Shown here piece by piece: positions 54,700 to 64,000 of a DNA stretch of 64,000 bases. Within the stretch, counting starts at the first letter, position 1. Each line of letters begins with the position of its first letter. This DNA is from Octopus sinensis (lineage: Eukaryota), in NCBI RefSeq assembly GCF_006345805.1, contig NC_043010.1, positions 65,782,001 to 65,846,000 on the forward strand. The letters run 5' to 3'. The notes beneath the pieces were generated by a model, which worked only from the letters and a program-made list of their open reading frames with translations, did not search any database and was not told the DNA's origin. The position numbers and the translations under genes were made by a program.

Positions 54700-55176
54700 C
54701 CCTTTTGTTACCAATCCAGTTGAAACCAGCTCTGGCTCTGAGTACAAATGTCTTGTTTTTTGTAAGTTTTGAATTAAAATCTTCCACCAAACCTTAGTCA
54801 CAATTTATGTTCCTAACACTAGCTGAATGATAACTAAGTTATTTTACTAAATTCTTTGTTATATTTAAAATTAATTTAAAGAAACACAGAGCATCTCAAC
54901 AGAAATATGGTAATAAAAGGGTTAAAATATATAATAGAGAAACAATTCTTAATCCATTTGATACCAACCTGGCTGAAACCGGCTCTGGCTCTGAGTACAA
55001 ATGTCTTGTTTTCATAAGTTTTGAATTAAAATCTTCCACCAAACCTTAGTCACAATTTATGTTTCTAACATCAGCTTAATGATAACTAAGTTATTTTACT
55101 AAATTCTTTGTTATATTTAAAGTAATTGAAAGAAACACAGAGCATCTCAAAAGAAATACAGTAACAAAAAGGTTAA
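54700..55176. mobile_element. piggyBac-like MITE tandem dimer, opposite orientation
   Basis: Reverse complement of the 11172-11639 arrangement including identical spacer (54926-54948). Confidence 0.82.
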
Positions 55177-56428
55177 CCATTCAAATAGAAGGTGTGACTC
55201 AAAATTCCACTTTGCACTAAAACATGGTTACAAACTGTTAAACCCCAGATTTCAATAAGGCATTTAATCTTTTCACTATTCCTGTTTTTACTCTTTTACT
55301 TGTTTCACTCATTTACCTGCGGCCATGCTGGAGCACCACTTTTAGTCAAGCAAATCGACCCCAAAGCTTATGCTTTGTAAGTTTAGTCCTTATTTTATTG
55401 GTCTCTTTTGCTGAACCACTAAGTTATGGGGATGTAAACATGCAATGTTGGAGGGACAAACACAGACACACAAACATATACATACATATACATATATATA
55501 TATATATATACAGATACAACAGGCTTCTTCCAGTTTCCGTCTGCGAAATCCATTCACAAAGCTTTGGTCAGCCTGGACACTTGCCTGAGGTGCCATGCAG
55601 TGGGACTGAACATGGAACCATGAGGTTGGTAAGCAAGCTACTTCCCACACAGCCACTCCTTCAACTATAATATGTTTATTAATTTTTTCATTTTTTTATT
55701 TTGTTTTATTGAGGATTAAACAACTTTTTTTATTTGGGTGGGGATAACCCAATTTTTCAATGGGGGTGAGATAACCAAAAAGTACCAAATTATTTGGCAA
55801 GCTAGCAGAAACATTAGCATGTCAGGCAAAATGTTTAGCAGTATTCCATCTGTCTTTACGTTCTGAGTTCAAATTCCACCGAGGATGACTTTGCCTTTTG
55901 TCCTTTCAGTGTTGATAAATTAGGTAGCAGTTGTATACTGGGGTCATTCTAATTGACTGGCCCCTTCCCCCAAAGTTTCAGGCCTTGTGCCTAGAGTAGA
56001 AAAGAATATTTGATAAGATGGATACATAGAAATTGGTTATCTTTTAAACCGCTCCCTGTAACAAAAATATTAAGCATTCTCTAAAATATACTGCTGTACC
56101 TTTTCCGACCATTGGTTACGACGACGAGGGTCCCAGTTGATCTGATCAATGGAACAGCCTGCTTGGGAAATTTATGTGCAAGTGGCTGAGCACCCCACAG
56201 ACACGTGTACCCTTAAAGTAATTCTCAGGGAGATTCAGCATGTGACAAGGCTGGGTCCTTTGAATTAGAGGTGCAAATTATTTTTGCCAGGTGAGTGAAC
56301 TGAAGCAACGTGAAATAAAATGTCTTGCTCAAGGAAAATAATGCATTGCCGGGAATTGAACTCACGACCTTTCAATTGTTGAGCTGAATACCCTAACCAC
56401 TAACCCACGCACCCTCACTAACTAGATA

Positions 56429-56470
<42 letters not shown>

Positions 56471-57328
56471 CATATACACACACACACATGCACACTCATA
56501 CATGCACATACACACACACAAACATACACACGCATACACACACATATATACACACACATACATACACACACACATACACACACATACACACGCCCGCAAA
56601 CACATACACACACATATATACACACACATACATACACACACACATACATACACACACATACATACAGACACACACATGCCCGCAAACACATACACACACA
56701 CATACACACACACACACACACACACGCGCACACACACACACACATGTATACATTTTGTGTCAACATGACACTGAAAAACATATATCTGAACTATCTTCAC
56801 TAATAACACATTCAGATTGACTCTCCCTAAAATATCTTCGTTAAGCATAATTAATGAGATGAAGATTAGCCGAACAGATGAATAATGCAAGGGTCAAGCA
56901 AAATAACTGTTATCTCCAAGCCTTTATAGCAACAACGCAGTTAATAAATGATGTATAAATGAGACATATCTATCTATATATCACTCAAGTGTGTTTAAAG
57001 TGGATGAAGACAAACAGACAGATAGCAAGAGAAGAGAAAAATGTCGATGAGAAATGTGATAATATTTTGTTTGAATAAGGAAACTGTAATTAAGTAAGAT
57101 AATTTAAACAAATATCAACAAAAACTGTAGAATGAGAGATAAGCTCATGGTAAGTAATCGCTGTGACACAGTTTCAATTCCTGTTGACAGCTACAGCAAT
57201 TCCTTGATATACAAGTTCATTTGTTCCCAGAGACTGCTCGTAAATTGGAAACTTGTAAAGCAGAGCAATAATTTCCCATATTGTAATTCATCATCATCAT
57301 CATCATCGTTTAACGTTTTCCGTGCTAG

Positions 57329-57824
57329 TGTAGTGACGTCATATTCCAGTGTGCGCACATGCAACGTCATTCTTCAGTGTGCGTGTGCGGAACGTCCTTC
57401 TTCAGTGTGCGTGTGCGGAACGTCCTTCTTCAGTGTGCGTGTGCGGGGTTGGAGCCTTCTGGAACCTTCTGTAAAGGCATAAGGAAGTTTCCCCATGCAC
57501 ATGCGCTAGAGACTGAAGAATAAATTCTATAGCATTCGGGGACTTGAGGCACGGCAATCGAAGAGAAAGGACATATTTTCATACGTGTGATCAACCTATT
57601 CTCCTGTCCCAGACGCTTGGGATTTAACCTATCTATTGCTGCTGAATTGTTGTAAGAATGGAAACCAGTATACCATCGTGTTTCATTGTTGAATAAGAGA
57701 ATAAAGAATTATATATTTCTAAACTTGCTTTTCGTTCTTGACTGGTAGAACAAAAAGAAAGGAAATTGTGTTGCACCCAAGTTGCACCCCAAAAGTGTAA
57801 AGAAGCAACCAAGTTCCCTTTACA
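57329..57824. mobile_element. Solo LTR (496 bp) inserted in an RTE 3'UTR copy
   Basis: TGTA...TACA termini, 4-bp TSD CTAG; host consensus catgctagcatggg is split; internal 28-bp tandem repeat and AATAAA. Confidence 0.85.
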
Positions 57825-58509
57825 CTAGCATGGGTTGGACGGTTCAACTGGGGTCTGGGAAGCCAGAAGGCTGCGCCAGGCACCAGTCTGATCTGACAGT
57901 GTTTCTACAGCGGGATGCCCTTCCTAACGGTTTGACTGGGGTCTGGGAAGCCAGAAGGCTGCACCAGGCACCAGTCTGATCTGACAGTGTTTCTACAGCG
58001 GGATGTCCTTCCTAACGCCAACCACTCTGAGAGTGTAGTGGGCGCTTTTTATGTGTCACCTGCACAGGTGCCATACGAGGCTGGCAAACAGCCACGATCG
58101 GATGGTTCTTTTTTACGTGCCACTGGCACGGAGGCCAGTCGGGGTGACGCTGGCAACGGCCACGTTCGGATGGTTCTCTTACATGCCACCAGCACTGGTA
58201 TCTCAGCTACAATTTCCATTGATGTTGAAACATTCGATTTCGATTTTGATTTTGTTCCCAGAAAAAATATTTTACAAGTGGCTGTGTGGTAAATTGCTGA
58301 CCACCAATAAATTGCAGTTCTTTCAAACCCTTTTGAGTCAACAGTCTTTGCAACTGAATGACAACGCCATTTCTTTTCCCAGTGTTCACACTCATTGTAT
58401 CAGTGACTCAAGTCCAGCCTTGTCACATTCTATATAATAACTGGCCCTCCATTGGTTACGACGACGAGGGTTTCAGTTGGTCTGATCAATGGAACCACCT
58501 GCTTGTGAA

Positions 58510-58946
58510 ATTTATCTTCAAAGCCACAGTCGAACCAATTCTACTATATGGCTCAGAAACCTGGACGTTATCAAAGAAGCTTGAGAGGCGGTTGGATGGA
58601 ACCTACACTTGCCTCCTTACGAGAGCTCAAAATCTCTCGTGGAAGCATCATCCAACCAAAATGCAAATATATGGGAAACTACCACCTGTGTCATCTCTTG
58701 TGAAAGGTAGGAGAGTCCAGTTTGCTGGACATTGTTGTAGAGCTGAAAACGAGACAATTTCTACTCTTCTCCTCTGGAAGCCATCTACTCGCAATACCAG
58801 AGGGCGCACATTCTCCTACCCTGATGTAATCTCCAGGGATACAGGCATCCAGCAACAGGACCTCCGTAATGCCATGATGGACCGTGAAGTCTGGTGTAGC
58901 ATGGTAAATTCCATTGTCCCGACCACAGTCGAACAATGATGATGAC
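58510..58946 (+). mobile_element. 5'-truncated RTE-type LINE (second family) inserted in a SINE
   Basis: FKATVEPILLYGSETWTLSKKLERRLDGTYT...RRVQFAGHCCR...AMMDREVW; short gatgatga tail. Confidence 0.9.
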
Positions 58947-59289
58947 ATTCTATGTCACACAGAATCTCCCTGAGAACTCTGTTAAGGCCAGCCTTGTCGC
59001 ATTCCGTGTCACACTGAATATCTTTCAGAACTTCATCAAGGGTAGGCATGTCAGTGGAGTGCTCAACCATCTGCATGTTAATTTCACAAGCAGGCTTTTC
59101 CATTGATCGGATCAACTGGAGGTCTCATTGTCATAACCACCAGCATGCCACTTATATCTGTGAGATGTGATGAGAAAGGTGGGTGTCAGTAACCCAGCTT
59201 GATCATTGATGAAAGGAAAAGATCGTTGCTGGGCTTTATAGGCTGCCAGGTTCAATCCTTTAACCCTGGTATTCACCTTTCTTTCTTTG

Positions 59290-59708
59290 TGTTACTCTTT
59301 ACTCTTTTACTCTTTTACTTGTTTCACTCATTTGACTGCGGCCATGCTGGAGCACCGCCTTTAGTCGAGCAAATCGACCCCAGAACTTATTCTTTGTAAG
59401 CCCAGTACTTATTCTATCGGTCTCTTTTGCCGAACCGCTAAATGACGGGGACGTAAACACACCAGCATCGGTTGTCAGGCAATGCTAGGAGGACAAACAC
59501 AGACACACTAACACATACATATATATATATATATACATATATACGACAGGCTTCTTTCAGTTTCCATCTACCAAATCCACTCACAAGGCATTGGTTGGCC
59601 CGGGGCTATAGCAGAAGACACTTGCCCAAGATGCCACGCAGTGGGACTGAACCCGGAACCATGTGATTGGTTAGCAAGCTACTTACCACACAGCCACTCC
59701 TGTGCCTA
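59290..59708 (-). mobile_element. SINE family B, full-length copy
   Basis: Reverse complement of 6285-6714. Confidence 0.88.
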
Positions 59709-59760
59709 TTTAGTTTAAAAAAAAAAAGTTCTAGTTAATGGTAATCTAAATGATATATAA

Positions 59761-59993
59761 AAGGCGGCGAGCTGGCAGAAACGTTAGCACGCCAGACGAA
59801 ATGCTTAGCAGTATTTCGTCTGTCTCTACGTTCTGAGTTCAAATTCCGCCGAGGTCGACTTTACCTTTCATCCTTTCGGGGTCGATAAATTAAGTACCAG
59901 TTACGCACTGGGGTCGATGTAATCGACTTAATCTGTTTGTCTGTCCTTGTTTATCCCCTCTGTGTTTAACCCCTTGTGGGTAGTAAAGAAATA
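59761..59993 (+). mobile_element. SINE family A, full-length copy
   Basis: Complete head to aagaaata tail. Confidence 0.88.
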
Positions 59994-60209
59994 GGTATAT
60001 AAAATAATTTTTATGCAAATTTTTAATACTTAAATCATTCAAACTCATATAACATCTTTGTCCTTTGTTTGTCCTGTATTGTAACATTCTATGTAAGATC
60101 ACCTATGCTCATAATAAAGATACCACTTATATCTGTGAGGTTGTATATGTCTCTCTGTGAGCATATGTATGTTATGTGTGCATGTATGTGAACCTGTGTA
60201 TGTGTGAAC

Positions 60210-60500
60210 ACCAGCTGCCTCTTATGACTTGTGTCATACGTCACAAAACTTTTAAGACAATATCTGGATGTAAAAGACATATGCTAGTTCACAAAAGACA
60301 TTCCTTCAGAATCAGATTCCAAAGAGCAAAAATGTAGAGGAAGCTTGAATAAGATCTGCCACTTATGTTTTAAACCCTGTCAGTCAGCAGCTGGTCTTAA
60401 AAGTCATCTAAGGGCTCATCAATGGAGTGATTGTACTGTGTGATGGTGTGTGTGTTGATGGGACGGCTGTCATCTGTCAAGATGAAGCAATCATCATAGG
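60210..60500 (+). pseudogene. Disrupted tandem C2H2 zinc-finger coding remnant, probably a LINE ORF C-terminus
   Basis: TCVIRHKTFKTISGCKRHMLVH, frameshift, then ICHLCFKPCQSAAGLKSHLRAH and stop; short 3' region ending atcatcat before simple repeat. Confidence 0.6.
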
Positions 60501-60533
60501 TGTGTATATATGAATGTGTATATATATATATAG

Positions 60534-60564
<31 letters not shown>

Positions 60565-60655
60565 ATAAGAGTAGATCATATACGAGTGGGTATATATTTG
60601 TAAAAAAGAAGTTTGAAAACGCCACTATATTAGATAAATTTTAATTTTCTTATGA

Positions 60656-60700
60656 ATTTTACATGTTTCGGTTCTTGAAAAAATGAACCTTATCAAAAAT
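60656..60700 (-). ncRNA. Minimal hammerhead motif, U3:A8 core variant (left arm of palindrome)
   Basis: Reverse-complement copy of the 61074-61118 motif. Confidence 0.62.
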
Positions 60701-61073
60701 ATTATAAAAAGTGTAATTGAGAAGTTCATAATCGTTTCCTACTGGTCTCAATAGAATCCATGTGGTGGTGTTTTGTCGGCAGTTGGTATAATCGCTATAT
60801 TCCTGTTGAGTGTATTGAAGAAGTCCATTATTGTTTCTTGCTGGTATTAAAAGGAACCACTTCCAATGGTAGCAACAGTAGTTGCTACCATTGGAACACA
60901 AGGTAACAAAAAAGCGGTTCCTTTTAATACCAGCAAGAAACAATAATGGACTTCTTCAATACACCCAACAGGAATATAGCGATTATACCAACTACCGACA
61001 AAACACCACCACATGGATTCTATTGAGAACAGTAAGAAACGATTATGAACTTTTCAATTTTCACTTTTATAAT

Positions 61074-61118
61074 ATTTTTGATAAGGTTTGTTTTTTCAAG
61101 AACCGAAACATGTAAAAT
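61074..61118 (+). ncRNA. Minimal hammerhead motif, U3:A8 core variant (right arm of palindrome)
   Basis: attt-TTGATAA-ggtt...aacc-GAAA-CATG-TA-aaat; palindromic stem III ACATGT. Confidence 0.62.
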
Positions 61119-61240
61119 TCATAAGAAAATTAAAATTTATCTAATATAGTGGCGTTTTCAAACTTCTTTTTTGCGGAAAACGGACGTTAAACGATGATGA
61201 TGATGATGATGATATATATATATACAAGGATATATATATG

Positions 61241-61580
61241 TGAAGGAGCATGGCTCAGTGGTTAGAGCATCAAGCTTACGATCATGAGGTTGTGAGCTTG
61301 AATCCCTGACTAGGCTGCATGTTGCATTCTTGAGCAAGACACTTTATTTCACGTTGCTTCAGTTCACTCAGCTGTAAAAATGAGTTGCGATGTCACTGGT
61401 GCCAAACAGTATCGGCCCCTTTGCTTTTCCCTTGGATAACACCGGTGGCATGGAAAGAGGAGGCCGGTATGCATGGGTGACTGCTGGTCTTCCATAAACA
61501 ACCTTGCCCGGACTTGTGCCTGGGAGGGTAACTTTCTAGGTGTAATTCCATGGTCAGTGTCGTGACCGAAGGGAGTCTCG
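61241..61580 (+). mobile_element. tRNA-derived SINE with CORE-like domain
   Basis: tggctcagtggttagag head then ttcttgagcaagacactttatttcacgttgcttcagttcactcagctgtaaaaatgag; related heads at 13140-13372(-), 27990-28147(-), 56110-56420(-); tail copy 24865-24935(-). Confidence 0.75.
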
Positions 61581-61776
61581 GACAAGGATATATATACAAA
61601 CTTTGAATTTTCTTATCGAAGTCTACCTGCATAAATCTAAACCAGTAAATTTTAATCTATTTTCAAAAATACTTTCTCATATTCTGGTGTGTCTGGGGAG
61701 GGTCATTTTTTTTTTGTGCCTTATAATTTAACACATTCACCGGTAAAATTTCCACTTATTTCTTATTTTTATTTTC

Positions 61777-61813
61777 CTAAAATTTTCGTTGTGTCTTGCA
61801 ACCTTTTCAATAG
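61777..61813 (-). ncRNA. Minimal hammerhead-like motif, U3:A8 variant
   Basis: Minus strand cta-TTGAAAA-g-GTTG-caagaca-CAAC-GAAA-attt-tag. Confidence 0.45.
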
Positions 61814-61880
61814 TCTTGACTCTCCATATTTTTCTAATTTTAAAACAACATTCGATATATTATAAAAACTTTATCTTCTC

Positions 61881-61972
61881 CATCTCTGACGAGCGAAAGT
61901 ATTGTCTATCAATGTGTATCAACAATGGATTCCATTATAATGACAATACTTTTGTGAAACGATCGTAAGATG
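61881..61972 (+). ncRNA. Type I hammerhead ribozyme motif with long stem II
   Basis: Stem I catct/agatg; CTGACGA; 14-bp stem II gcgaaagtattgtc/gacaatacttttgt; GAAA; palindromic stem III ACGATCGT; GTA cleavage triplet ending 61967. Confidence 0.85.
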
Positions 61973-62325
61973 CATTAATTAACAAATTTTTAAACTGTCA
62001 CGTTTCATATAGTTACATATATTTGTAATACAATACTCTCGGAGGGCATCCAACTGTAGAAACTCTGCCAGATCAGATTGGAGTCTGGTTCGCCAGACCT
62101 CAGTCAAATCGTCCAACCCATGCTAGCATGGAAAGCGGACGTTAAATGATGATAATGATGATATCTTTGTGAGATATATTTTTGATATTAAATTTCATAC
62201 TATTATTTCAAAATACAGTATATATATATGAGTGCATAAGTGTGTATGAGTGTGTATATATGGGCATATGTGCACATGTGTATTTGTATGCATGCACCCC
62301 TGAGAGTGTATATGTAATTATAAGC

Positions 62326-62382
<57 letters not shown>

Positions 62383-64000
62383 CTGGGTACATATGTGAGT
62401 AAATTGAGCTTAGATGTGTGTGCGTGTATGTGTGTGTGTGTGTTAGTGTAAGTGTGAGCATGAATGTCTCCTTGTGCTCTTAGTGGTTGATGTGACATGG
62501 CTGGGGTTAAGCAACATCATCATCATCATCATTATCATCATTAACAAATTCAACAGTAGCACAGCAACTGCAGATAATTACATAATTATCAATAAATTAG
62601 AGTAGAAAATATCCACCACCATCACCACTACCACCACCACCACCATCACCACCACCACTACCCACCATCACCACCACCACCACCACAAAACAATGTCTCC
62701 TTTTCGTTAAGTCCCCACCTCTGTGTCCTAACCATGAAGATTAGAAAAACATAACAACCAAACATAGACGTAGTTGTGTGGTTAAGAAGTTTGCTTCACA
62801 ACCACATGGTTCCAAGTTCAATCCCACTGCACAGCAACATGGCTAAGTATCTTCTTTTTTTATAAAACCTTGTGATTGAATCGTTGCCATGCATGACAAA
62901 ATGTTTCGTGGCATTTCTTCAGGCACTTTACGTCCCAGGTTCAAATCCTGCTGAGGTCTTCTTTGCTGATCCTCCTTTCATGGTTAGTAAAATATAGTAC
63001 CAGGAAAGTACTGGGGTTAATGTTATCGAAATTGCTGGCCTTGTGCCAACATTAGAAAGAATTATATAACCTTGTGGTGACCAAAATGCACTGTGAATAG
63101 AACTTAGTAGACATAAAAATCTCTGTAAATGAGTACAAGTTATAAACAGTAACTTAGCGTTGCGACAAATAGTGATCAATGAAATAAGTAGCAGAATAAA
63201 ACAAGGGGGTTGGCATGGCTTGAAGGAAATGCTCCAGCATGGCCACATTCCTTTGATTGAAACCAGCAAGAGGGCACAGGGCTTGGCTGTGTGGTAAGAA
63301 GCTTGCTCAGGTCGACCCAACACTATAATAGAAGAAACTTGCCTAAGGTGCCATGCAGTGAAACTGAACCCAGATTCGTGTGGTTGGGCAGCAGACTTCT
63401 TACCACAGAGCCAAGCCTGCGCCTATATGGAGTGGGGGAATGGGGGACATCAGAAGATTACCACCATTAAGAACAGTAACAGCCCATTCCTGATATTGTC
63501 ACTTCATTATATCACCACCACCACCACCACCACCACCATCACCACTACCACCACCACATTCACCAACATCACCATCATTACCAGCAACAACAGCAATAAC
63601 TTCTTTATTACTTCCATTACCACTCCTGTTTCAGTCAGAAGTGTTTTAATAAAGGTCTTACTACTGACATTACACACACACAAATACCCGTGGACGCATG
63701 TCCCCCGCACGCATTCATACACAAGCCTCACGCAAATACGTAGATACGGACATACAGATACACAAACGCACACATGAATATATATATAGATGTATATGTT
63801 CATGAGCGCGAGGTGTGTCTGTAGATCTATGCATGATTACTTGATGTGTACCAAAACCTTCCCATACACAGACTATCATTGGCACACATGCATGTGGGCA
63901 ATAGATAGGTGGATAAGCAACCCCCCCCCCCAAACACACACACACACACACTTTGTACAAATATAAAATAAACTCTGCTTGTGAGTTCAGAGCAGTCCTC

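Larger units (their letters stand above)
60602..61172. repeat. Long inverted repeat (~257-bp arms) with central perfect hairpin
   Basis: Arms 60602-60858 / 60916-61172; 16-bp hairpin 60861-60896. Confidence 0.95.

Overview
Repeat-saturated, AT-rich eukaryotic genomic DNA; the tRNA-derived SINE families and microsatellite load suggest an octopus/cephalopod genome (inference). One complete protein-coding gene is recoverable: TEX261 (Svp26 family), + strand, 6 coding exons 31268-47576, 204 aa, all GT-AG junctions phase-compatible, ending in a KKxx motif. The rest is mostly mobile-element debris: several SINE families, 5'-truncated RTE LINEs, L1/Tx1, R4/Dong-like, Penelope-like RT and GIY-YIG remnants, pogo/Tigger and mariner transposase fragments, hAT/Tc1/piggyBac MITEs with visible TSDs, a non-autonomous Helitron and a solo LTR. 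Most ORF-track entries are microsatellite or SINE artefacts. The most notable signal is a set of about 10 unrelated minimal type-I hammerhead ribozyme motifs in short elements mostly flanked by (TA)n, probably Penelope-derived. They include intact cores (18931, 50622, 61881), a compensatory U3:A8 variant class (26209, 60656/61074, 61777), paired copies in long inverted repeats and one in a ~390-bp tandem unit. A piggyBac-like MITE dimer with a fixed spacer occurs at two loci. Repeat boundaries are read by eye and approximate unless a TSD is given.
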